Assembly: GCF_009914755.1 (NCBI RefSeq) | Contig: NC_060927.1 | Source: the human T2T-CHM13v2.0 reference genome, Homo sapiens | Reading direction: 5' to 3' (one strand) | Length of the DNA: 64,000 nt | Shown: positions 54,218-64,000 of the stretch, in pieces | Layout: the number at the start of each line of letters is the position of its first letter | Position numbering within the stretch: position 1 is the stretch's first letter | Position numbers and translations under genes: made by a program | Notes under the pieces: generated by a model | The model's input: the letters and a program-made list of their open reading frames with translations, nothing else | The model's database searches: none | Told to the model about the DNA's origin: nothing

Positions 54218-54449
54218 AGTGATCCTTATCTTATAAAAATTATTTTAGAGAAAAGAAAAAATGGAAAAGTTTCCTAATACATAACCTTGATAATAAAACT
54301 AGAAAATAAAGAAAAATTGTAGGATAATTCACTTAATAACATACATGGCAAATTCTAAATAAAATATTAGCAAACCAAACCAGAAAATCATTCAAATTAT
54401 CAAGTAGGTATGAAAAGATAGTTTAATTGTAGAATATAATAAAATGATT

Positions 54450-55986
54450 CTGAGAGATACAAAAAAAGAGATGTCTTTCCTGCTCTCTTGTGTTTACTCA
54501 GTACAGCACAGAACACTTCTGTGGCCAGATGTGTGGAAGATTTTCACCACACACCAAGCAAGTCTCCAATAGATACCAGTTGGGTGCCCTATAATTCAAT
54601 TCAATTCTAACACTATCTGCCTGGAAATCATGTCAGATCCCACAGATTAAAAGCTCAGTCCCAAAAGACTTTGCCACACTTCGGATGCCAATCACAAGCC
54701 TCACACTGCGACCCATGCTTCTGTTACATGTACGAGTCTGCAGCAACCTCAATTCTTGCCTCCTCAGATGAAAGAATTTGGGGAGCATAAGGCAGAAGGA
54801 GAGACCTGGCAGGAGTGAAAGTTTATTAAAAAGTTTTAGAGCAGGAATGAAAGGAAATAAAGTACACTTGGAAGAGGCCCAAGCAGGTGACTTGAGAGAT
54901 CAAGTGCATGGCTTCACCTTTTAACTTGGGATTTTATACCTTGGCATATTTCCAGGGTCTAGTGTCCCTTCTCCCCTGATTCTTCCCTTGGGGTGGACTG
55001 TCCGCATGCACAGTCGCTAGCCAGTGCTTGGGAGGGGAAGCACATGCAGTGTGATTACTGGAGTTGTACACATGCTCACTTGAGGCATTCTTCCCTTACC
55101 AGCCGAATGCTTCTGGAAGGTCATACACAGTTAGACTCCATCATTTTGCCTCTTAGTGAACATGCTTGAGCCCACTTGCCCAACTCTTGAGATCTTTTCA
55201 GGAAGCTGCTGATCACCAGCTTCAGGGTTTTCTGGCTATTGAAAACTGCCTTTCCTTGGCTCTGGCTGCAACAGATTATTATTTTAGAGAGGCAGTTTAA
55301 TAATTAATTACCTGATCGTCATCTGATCGTTGCCTGACATTCCTGGTGTGTGTGTGTGAGTTTCAGGGGGAGTCCTTTCCTGCTCTGCTCGTGTCTGACT
55401 AGCTATCAACTCTAACATTTCTGACCAACCACTCTAAGTTGGTGTTTTCACAATCCACTCTTTGGGTTTGATTATTGCTACAGCAGCTCACTGGATTCAG
55501 GGAAACACTTTACTTAAGTTTAACACTTTGCTAGTAAATGATACAGATGAACAGACAGATGGAGGAAAAGCAAAAAGCAAGGCATGTGGGAAAGGGAACA
55601 GAGCTTCCATGCCCTCTCCAGGCACTCCACCATCCAGGCACCTCATGTGTTCAGCAATCCAGAAACTCCCTAAATCCTATTCCTCTGAGTTTTTAAGGAA
55701 ATTTCATTACATAGGCATGATTGATTACATCATTGGCCATTGGTGATCAACTCAACCTTGCAAGTGGGTGGGGGCCTGAAAGTTACAACCTTCTAATAAG
55801 GTGGTTGGTTCTCCTGGCAACCAGCCCCCATCCTGAGGCTATCCAGGAACCCCTAGCTACCAGTTATCTCATTAGCATGCAAAAAAGACAATAATCATGT
55901 TGGGAATTCTGTCTTTTCGAAGTTGTGTGCCAGGAAATAGGGATTAAGAACAAATATAAATATGCTATTATAAATCACAATATCAT
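54450..55986 (-). mobile_element. MER21 LTR interrupted by MER50
   Basis: ATAATTCAATTCAATTCTAACACTATCT...CAGATCCCACAG; GGCAACCAGCCCCCATCCTGAGGCTATCCAGG; ATAAATCACAATATCA. Confidence 0.8.
54722..55417 (-). mobile_element. MER50-like ERV1 solo LTR
   Basis: TGTTA...TAACA termini; GCAACCTCAATTCTTGCCTCCTCAG; near-TSD CTTC/TTTC. Confidence 0.75.
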
Positions 55987-56108
55987 AATGGTTTCCCCTG
56001 TTAACAGACTAAAGAAGAAAGTCTATACCATCACCTCAACACTTTAGAGAAATAAATACTTTAGAGAAATAAATATAATAAAATACTTTAGAGAAATAAA
56101 TACAAAAA

Positions 56109-56170
56109 TATTTCATATGGAACCAAAAGAGCCCGTATAGACAAGACAATACTAAGCAAAAAGAACAAAA
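56109..56170 (+). mobile_element. Isolated ~60-bp internal L1PA ORF2 fragment
   Basis: TTTCATATGGAACCAAAAGAGCCCGTATAGACAAGACAATACTAAGCAAAAAGAACAAA (the FIWNQKRA.IAK.ILSKKNK region of ORF2). Confidence 0.85.
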
Positions 56171-56223
56171 CTCAACACTTTTTTTAAAAAAACAAAACAC
56201 AGCTCTGCCTTGCTGCCATAGAT

Positions 56224-56411
56224 CAGTAGTTGTCAAGCTTTACATGCATCCAAATGATCTAGCAAACTTTTAAAAATACAGATTGCTTGGCCCCACCCCC
56301 AGCATTTTTGCCTCAGTAGATCTGGGAAGAGGTCAGAAATTCTCCATTTCTAACAAGTTCCCAATTGAAGCTGATGCTGCTGGTCCAGGGACTACATTTT
56401 GAGAATCACTA
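56224..56411. mobile_element. MER5A hAT-Charlie MITE
   Basis: CAGTAGTTGTCAAGCTTT...CAGATTGCTTGGCCCCACCCCCAG...TTTCTAACAAGTTCCCA...TTTGAGAATCACT. Confidence 0.85.
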
Positions 56412-57024
56412 TTATGAGAATTGCTGTTATGTAGGCCCAGTACTGACTTTTAAAGAGCACTCAGAATGTAAAATATCCACTTCTTAAAAATGTTAAGTAA
56501 TCTAAATTAATCATATCTGACAGCAATATCAGACATGTGTATATACCTTAAAAATTTAGGGATGGATGTTTTGTGGTTTGTAATTTCCCTTCCCACTTAC
56601 CTCTGCCTCAGTTTATATTGCTATTGAAGTTTTCCAGAACTATTATCTCCTTCATATTTAATCACTGACTGTTTTATAATCATCAATATCATGTGTAATT
56701 GGTCCCACTTCAATTATTCTAGTAGGCTTCCAACAGAATTTTACCTGCTTTGAACCATGCACTGTTTTCATATAATGTGCTTTTTTTCTTCCTTTTAGAA
56801 CAGAACATATAATAGCTTTTCAACAGAGAAAAAATTCTTTTGATGTAGATTTTTGCTCAATGGACTTAATGCGTCTTCATTTATATTCAGAGTAGAAAAA
56901 TGTTACATATTAGAAGTGGAAAATAATTCTATGTGCATATAGCTATGATTTTCAGTTATTTAGGTAGGAGATCATGAGCAAGAATACAAGCATGTTAAAA
57001 TAAGGAAGGTTGATCAATGCATTA

Positions 57025-57152
57025 ATTTTTTTTAGAGATGGGGGGGTCTCACTATGTTTCCCAGGCTGGCCTTTAACTCCTGGGCTCAAGTGATTCCTCC
57101 ACCTCAGCCCCCACAAATAGCTGGGACTGCAGGCATGTGCCACCACATCTGG
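57025..57152 (-). mobile_element. FLAM/Alu monomer
   Basis: T tract, then AGAGATGGGGGGTCTCACTATGTT...CTCCTGGGCTCAAGTGAT...GCCACCAC. Confidence 0.85.
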
Positions 57153-57272
57153 ATAATAATCTTTTTTCGAAGTTGAATATGAATAGATTTTATTGTATGT
57201 TCATTATTTTTCCATCTCTTTATTGTAGACTTGTTGTTCCTGGCATCCAGGAATAGCTTTTACCATTATATG

Positions 57273-59778
57273 TAGGGATTCTTTAGAGATATTATGGGTT
57301 TTATTCCAGACCAACAAAATAAAGCAAAATCACAATAAAGCAAATCACAGAGTTTTGGTATCCCAGTGCATATAAAAGTTATATTTACACTATACTGTAG
57401 TCTATTAAGCATGTAAAAGCATTATTTCTGAAAAATGTGCATACCTAAATTAAAAGACTTTATTGATAAAAATTGTTATTGATCATCTGAGCCTTCAGGG
57501 AGTCCTAATCTTTTTGATGGTGGAGGGTCTTGCCTCAATGTTGATGATGTTGAATGGCTGCTGATGGATCAGGTTGCTAAACTTGAGGTGGCTATGGCAA
57601 TTTCTTAAAATAACAGTGAAGTTTGCTGTATTGATTGACTCTTCTTTTCAGAAAAGATTTCTCTGTACCATGTGACGCATTTGATAGCATTTTACCCACA
57701 GTGGAACTTCTTTCAAAATTCCATGTTTATGGAATATTCTAATTCCTTTGTTGTCATTTCAACAATGTTCAAAGCATCTTTACTAGGAGTAGATTCCATT
57801 TCAAGAATCCACTTTCTTTGCTCATCCATAAGAAGCAACTCCTCACTCATCCAAGTTTTATCATGAGGTTGCAGCAATTCATTCCCATCTTCAGGCTCCA
57901 CTTTTAATTCTAGTTCTCTTGCTATTTTTACCAGATTTGCAGTTACTTCCTCCTTGAAAGTCTTGAACTTCTGAAAATAATCCATGAGGGTTTGAATCAA
58001 CTTTTTACAAACTCTTTTTAAGGTTGATATTTTATCCTCCTTCCATGAATCACAAATGTTCTTATTGGCATCCAGAATGATGAATTCTTTCCAGAAGGTT
58101 TTCAATTTACTTTTTCCAGATCCATCAGACAAATCACTATCTATGACACCCCCATAGTGTAATGAATTGTACTTCTTAAATAATGAGACTTGGCCAGAGG
58201 CAGTGGCTTATGCCTGTAATCCCAATACTTTGGAGGCCAAGGTAGGAGGATCACTTGAGCCAAGGAATTTGAGAGCATCCTGGGCAACATAGTGAGACCC
58301 TGTTTATATAAAAATAATAAAATACAAAAAATAGTAAGGCTTGAAAGTTGAAATTACTTCGTGATCCGTGGGCTGCAAAACAGATATTGTGTGAGTAGAC
58401 ATGGAAACAACATTAACCTTGTGCACCCCCATCAGAGCTCTTAAGTGTCTAGGTGCATTGTCAATTAACAATAATATTTTGAAGGAATTTTTTTCTGAGC
58501 GTTAGGTCTCAGTAGTAGGCTTAACATATTCTGTAAACCATGCTGTAAACAAACGTGTTATCATTCAGGTTTTCTTATTCCATTTATACAGCACAAATAG
58601 AGTAGATTCAGCATAATTCTTAAAGGCTCTAGGCTTTTTGGAAGTTAACTGAGCATTGGCTTTGACTTAAAATCACCAGCTGCATTAGCCCCCAGCAAGA
58701 GTGTCAGTCTATCCTTTGAAGCTTTGAAGCCAAGCATTGACTTCTCCTCTCCAGCTATGAAAGTCCTAGATGGCATCTTTTTCCAATAGAAGTCAGTTTC
58801 ATATATGTTGAAAGTCTGTTATTCAGTGTAGCCACCTTTATTAATGATCTTAGCTAGATCTTCTGGGTAACTTGCTGCAGCTTTTACATCACTACTTGCT
58901 GCTTCACCTTGCACTTTTATGTTATGGAGATTGTTTCTCTTTTTAACCTCATGAACCAACCTCTACTAGTTTCCAATTTTTCTTCTGCAGCTTCCTCGCC
59001 CACCTCAGCCTGCATAGGATTGAAGAGAGTTAGGACCTTGCTCTGGATTAGGCTTTGGCTTAAGGGAATGTTGTGGCAGGTTTGATCTTCTCTTCATACC
59101 ACTAAAACTTTCTCCATATCAGCAATAAAGTTGTTTTCCTTTTTTATCATTTGTGTGTTCACTGGCCTAACACTAAATTTCCTTTAAGAATTTTTCCTTT
59201 GCATTCACAACTTAGTTAACTGGCATAAGAGGACTAGCTTTTGGCCTATCTCAGCTTTCAACATGACTTCTTGACTAAGCTTAATCATTTCTAGCTTTTG
59301 ATTTAAAGTGAGACATGTGACTCTTTTTTTCACTTAAATACTTAGAGATCATTGTAGCGTTATTAATGGGCCTAATTTCAATATTGTTATATCTCATGGA
59401 ATAGGGAGGCCCAAGAGAGAAAAAGAGGAAGGGAATGATCAGTGGAGGAATCAGAACACACACAACTTTTATCAGTTAAGTCTGCTCTCTCATAATGGTG
59501 CAATTTGTGGTGCTCCAAAACATAATAGTAACATCAAAATTCAATGATGGTAGACCACTGATTATAGACTACCATAACAGATATAATCATTTAAAAAAGT
59601 TTAAAATATTGCAAGAATTACAAAATGGGATAAAGAAACACAAAGTGAATACATGGTGTTGAAAAAATGCCCCCAATAGGCTTGCTGAATGCAGGGTTGC
59701 CATAAACCTTCCATTTGTAAAACATGCAATATCTGCAAAGTGCAATAAAGCAGAATGCAATAAGATGAGGTATTCCTG
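57273..59778 (-). mobile_element. Near full-length Tigger1 DNA transposon with decayed transposase
   Basis: Terminal GAGGTATTCCTG-TA; ORF 57713-58132 (SKLKTFWKEFIILDA...IARELELKVEPED..ELLQ.HDKT) matches the pogo/Tigger1 transposase C-terminal region; ~2.4 kb excluding the Alu monomer. Confidence 0.92.
58192..58330 (+). mobile_element. FLAM_C-like monomer inserted in Tigger1
   Basis: GGCC...CCTGTAATCCCA...GGATCACTTGAGCC...GGGCAACATAGTGAGACCCTG plus A tail; degenerate TSD AAATAATGAGACTT / AAATAGTAAGGCTT. Confidence 0.88.
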
Positions 59779-60223
59779 TATTTAGATAGGATAACCAGGG
59801 AGAAAACATGAAAGACTTTTTGTTCTTTGGCAACATGTAAGTTGATTTTTATATAATCATTTTTGTTCTAAAGATATTATCATCAATGCGTATGTAAACA
59901 TATTTCATATTCACACTTAAATGAATATTTAAAAGGAAATAGTGGGACTTATATATTGTGTTACCAGACATTTTCTCAAGTGCAAGTAAGCACTTTGATT
60001 TCAACTTAGTATTTTACTTTTTAGAAAAGAGTGGGTAATGTTATGTACCAGTAAGTGATTGATAAATGACAGAATGTCCCACTCTATACTTGGAAATAGG
60101 GTCAAGGGCATAGCTGCACAGGGGTGTCAGGGGAGGCCCAAGATCAGCCTCCAAAATGAGCATTACATTGAAGAAATTGTTCCTACAATCCAGAAATCTT
60201 AGAGAATATGATAGAAAATATTA

Positions 60224-61010
60224 TAGTTATGTGTCACTTAACAATGGGGATACATCCTGAGAAATGTGTCATTAGGTGATTTCATTATTTTGCAAATATT
60301 ATACATTTTCTTATGCAAATCTAGGTGGTATAGCCTACTGCATACCTGGGCTAGATGGCATAGCCTATTGCTCCTAGACTATAAACCTGTACAGCATGTT
60401 ACTATACTGAACACTGTAGGCAGTTGTAAGACAATGGTAAGTATTTGTGTATCTAAACATAGAAAATGTACAGTAAAATATGGTGTAAAAGCTTAAAAAC
60501 AGTTACATCTGCATAGGGCACTTACTGTGAATGGAGCATACAGGACCAGAAGTTGCTCTGGGTGAGTCAGTGAGTGGGTGGTAAGTGAATGTGAAGGCCT
60601 CAGACCTAACTGTACACTAATATAGCCTTTATAAATATGTACACTTAGGTGACACTAAATTTATAGAAAATATTTTATTTAATAATAAGCTTAGTTTACT
60701 ATAACCTTTTTATTCTATAAACTTTTAAATTATCTTAAAGTTTTTGACTCATAATAGCACTTAAACACATTGTACAACTACACAACAAAAGTATCTTCTT
60801 TCTTGATATCCTTACTCTATAAGCTGTATTTAAAACTTTTAAATTTTCTATTTAATTTTACTGTTTAAACTTTTTTGTTACTAAGTAAGGCAGAGAGGCA
60901 CACATGAGCCTAGGCCTATACAGAATTAGGATCATCAAGACGTCAAGAAGCAATTATAACCTTATGAGACCACTGTTGCATATGTGCAGTGTTATTGACC
61001 AAAGTGTTGT
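60224..61010. mobile_element. Tigger3 (Golem) derivative
   Basis: CACTTAACAATGGGGATACATCCTGAGAAATG...TAGCCTATTGCTCCTAG...GAAGTTGCTCTGGGTGAGTCAGTGAGTG. Confidence 0.85.
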
Positions 61011-62349
61011 ATTTCTTTATAATGTAATATTTTTTCTGTTAAGGTGCATAAACAATAAATTTTCAAGTAAAATATTGGTGGTTTCAGAAAAAAAGTGGAT
61101 TGGTCATTGGTTTAAATTGAGGGACATCACTGCTAGGTGCTGAATAAAATATATTTTTTGAAAAAATAATTTACTTTCTCCATGAAGAGAAATAATTAAA
61201 AGCAGATGTGAGAAATAAGTTGGGTAAGAAAATTTATAATGCAAAGATTACTTTTATTTCCCTCAGCTTTTCTTAAGGATCAGTTTTCCAAATACAAACT
61301 GAAAAGAGAAGTGATTTTGAATTTTGTTCGTAGAATCCATCTTTTACATACTCAAAAGATTTATTTTGGTCTCTAATAATTAAAGGAAATCATATTGATT
61401 GCATGGATTGCTCTAAGTTCTCAACTGTCATTTAGACTTTTTGTACTTGGCTGCAGTTCTTTATCCATGGAATGTTTTTTAAATAACATCCATCATGATC
61501 TTAACTTCTTTTTCCTCAGTTCTCTTTGAAGCTCAATTATTAATTTTATTCCTCTTCCACCACCGAGGAAATCTAACCTTCAGTTTTATGTTCTCTTTAT
61601 ATTCACACATTTCTAGGTATGCTTGGAGTTCTTTTTTGATATCTTTTTAATTTCTGGATCACATCAGTTTTATTCTGACAGATGCAGCCTCTAAAATAAG
61701 CTGTGTGATGCACTCAAACCTAAAATAAACCATTATTTCAGGGTTAGGTGCGTCATACCTGCAAATAACCTCATTTATCTAGAGAAATGTATTTAATGCT
61801 TATTGTATAAATACCAGTGTTTCAGCGTGATCTATAATACCATCTGTCACTTCTTTTTGTCCAATACATAATTCAATCCTTTATTCCAGTTTTTTGAGAA
61901 GGAGAGCTCTTGCATATTATCTTATACATACTGTGACAAGAACCCAGGCATATTATGAAAATATATTAAATATTATCCAAGATAAAATTTTAATGCAAGT
62001 TGAATGAAATGCTATCTTTGTTGCTAAGATATGCATTAAAGTAAGCTTATATCATTGGCATCTTTCACGAACTTCATTTAAAGTATATTTTAAACACAAT
62101 GTTCTGGAAAGTAGGAAAGTAACTGCTATTTCTATTAGAGGACTGTTGTCTCTGGTTATGACACAGAATGCTCTACTGCAGAAAGAGAGGAAAATAAAAA
62201 CATAAAGTGGTAGCACGTTGCTGAAAAAGCAGCATTTTTTTTTCCTCACACCTTGCCTGAAAAACTTTTTGCCTGGATTAGAATAGAGCCTTAGATGGAT
62301 ATTTGTAGGGATGCACATCCAGAATATATGTCAGAAAAAATTTAGATTA

Positions 62350-62620
62350 TCGAATATTTGTTGAGTGAATATGAGGTGCCCGACGTGATACTAGGTTGAG
62401 GACCCTGAAAAAGATCACACTCCAGGTGTTGATCTTCTAACGAGGAGAGAGACACAACAAGGATAGTATGGAGAACTACGGTCAGTGCCATAGCGGAAGA
62501 GATCCTGGGGGTCGCTGAGAGAGGTGCCTAATTCAGCTGCTAGAAAGGAGATTCCAGGGAAAGCTTTCCAAGGAGGTTTTACTGGCATTCCATTTTGAAG
62601 AATGAGTAGGAGTTAATTGT
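62350..62620 (-). mobile_element. L2 3' fragment
   Basis: AATATTTGTTGAGTGAATATGAGGTGCC...ATACTAGG...CAGGGAAAGCTTTCCAAGGAGG...TTTTGAAGAATGAGTAGGAGTT. Confidence 0.7.
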
Positions 62621-62910
62621 TTAGGTTGTTTTTAAATTGCTTATCTCCTAAGTAGTTTTAAGAAGAATGATATTTTGAAATTATCTTGTCACGCACAATT
62701 CTGTAGGTTTGATCAAAGAAGACAGTTCTTATTTCTCCTCTTTCCATCTAACGTACATGCATTCACACTCACAAGTTTGGTTTTTCAAATGTGTGGCTTT
62801 ACTATCAGATTTATTGGTAAAACTATATTGATGTGTATGTATGTGTGAGAATAGATGGTAGGAATTACGTATAAGATCATCACTTCAATGTAAATAAAAT
62901 TTACCTTCTA

Positions 62911-63252
62911 GGCCGGTCGCAGTAGCTCACACCTGTAATCCCAGCACTTTGGGAGGGCGGGCGGATTCAGAGGCCGAGGCGGGCGGATTCAGAGGCCTAG
63001 GAAGGCAGATCATGAGGTCAAGAGCTCGAGACCATCCTGGCCAACATGGTGAAACCCCGTCTCTACTAAAAATACAAAAATTAGCTGGGCGTGGTGGCGC
63101 ATGCCTGTAGTCCCAGCTGCTTGGGAGGCTGAGGCAGGAGAATCTCTTGAACCTCGGAGGTGGAGGTTGCAGTGAGCCTAGATCGCGCCTCTGCACTCCA
63201 ACCTGGTGACAGAGAGAGACTCCATCTCAAAAATGAAAAATAAAAAATAAAA
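62911..63252 (+). mobile_element. AluSc-like element with internal 22-bp-period duplication
   Basis: GATCATGAGGTCAAGAG.TCGAGACCATCCTGGCCAACATGG; TSD AAATAAAATTTAC(C/T)TTC(T/C)A. Confidence 0.92.
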
Positions 63253-63276
63253 AAATAAAATTTACTTTCCAAAGTC

Positions 63277-63294
63277 ATACATACATATATATAT

Positions 63295-63361
<67 letters not shown>
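63277..63361. repeat. Compound (TA)n(CA)n(TA)n microsatellite
   Basis: About 21 CA units flanked by TA runs. Confidence 0.97.
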
Positions 63362-63379
<18 letters not shown>

Positions 63380-63665
63380 TGAGACCAGATCTTGTTCTGT
63401 GAATCAGGCTGGAGTTCAGTGGTGCAATCATGGCTCACTGTAACCTTGAACTCCTGAGCACAAAAATCCTCCTTCAGCCTTCCAAATAGCTGGGATTACA
63501 GGTGTGTGCCACCATGCTGGACTAGTTTTTCTTTTTATTTTTGGGGGAGAGATGAGGTCTCACTGTGTTTCCCAGGCTATTCTTGAACTTCTGGCTTCAA
63601 GCAGTACTCCTTCCTTGGCTTCCCAAAGTGCAAGAATTACAGGTGTGAGTCACCATGCCCTGGCC
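63362..63665 (-). mobile_element. AluJ
   Basis: Poly-T, then GAGACCAGATCTTG...ATCATGGCTCACTGTAACCTTGAACTCCTG...CCCAAAGTGC...CCTGGCC. Confidence 0.9.
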
Positions 63666-64000
63666 CTAGAGTGTAATTACATATTTTTCATCACACATTC
63701 TCTCTAAACACAAAGAACACATGCTCTTAAACAAGATCCAGAAACAGACAATTCTACTGGCTGTATCTGTATTTACTTTGAACACATTATCTCATTATAC
63801 GGCAGATTCTTCATTGTAACAAACATCCCTAAAGTGGAATGAAGAAAATGAATGCATGCGTACTCCACAGGGTATTTTCTAGGGGAGAAATAACTTTATA
63901 TTCTAGCTTGGAAACATTTCTATTCTACAATTTTGGAGAGAAGATAATTGATATCTTTGCACACATATCTTTTTGTCTGATAATGAGATACATATTTTAT

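Larger units (their letters stand above)
51660..54440 (+). mobile_element. Decayed old L1 (L1ME-like) ORF2, multiply interrupted
   Basis: A-rich sense ORF2-like text: ATGGGTGATTTTAA, AAATTGAATTAGTAGTTTAAAA, CAAATTCTAAATAAAATATTAGCAAACC. Confidence 0.6.

Noticed and set aside
56041-56101. 17-bp repeats as a CRISPR-like array
   Set aside because: Eukaryotic context, three near-adjacent units, no regular unique spacers, no cas genes
57713-58132. Tigger transposase ORF as a domesticated TIGD-like gene
   Set aside because: Only a 139-aa fragment; the element is interrupted by an Alu monomer and shows no other long transposase ORF
62927-63707. 89-, 116- and 67-aa ORFs
   Set aside because: Translations of Alu and CA/TA microsatellite sequence

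Overview
AT-rich, CpG-poor, repeat-dense primate (human-like) non-coding DNA, shown by Alu, L1PA, THE1/MST and Tigger elements. I cannot support any protein-coding gene, RNA gene or CRISPR array; the long ORFs trace to MaLR internal sequence, L1, Tigger1, Alu or microsatellites. Most of the window is nested transposable elements: several MaLR proviruses (three with 5-bp TSDs), a MER4-group ERV1 remnant, stacked antisense L1 5' ends and DNA transposons. Family names come from recalled consensus sequences, not a database search. The best leads are structural scars visible directly in the sequence: (1) a ~254-bp inverted copy of nearby sequence inside an MST LTR; (2) a 65-bp copy of a proviral junction inserted ~1 kb away inside the same provirus; (3) a three-LTR MST provirus under one TSD pair; (4) a tail-less L1 ORF2 fragment with a 17-bp triplication between 11-bp direct repeats. 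I see no evidence for a new coding system.
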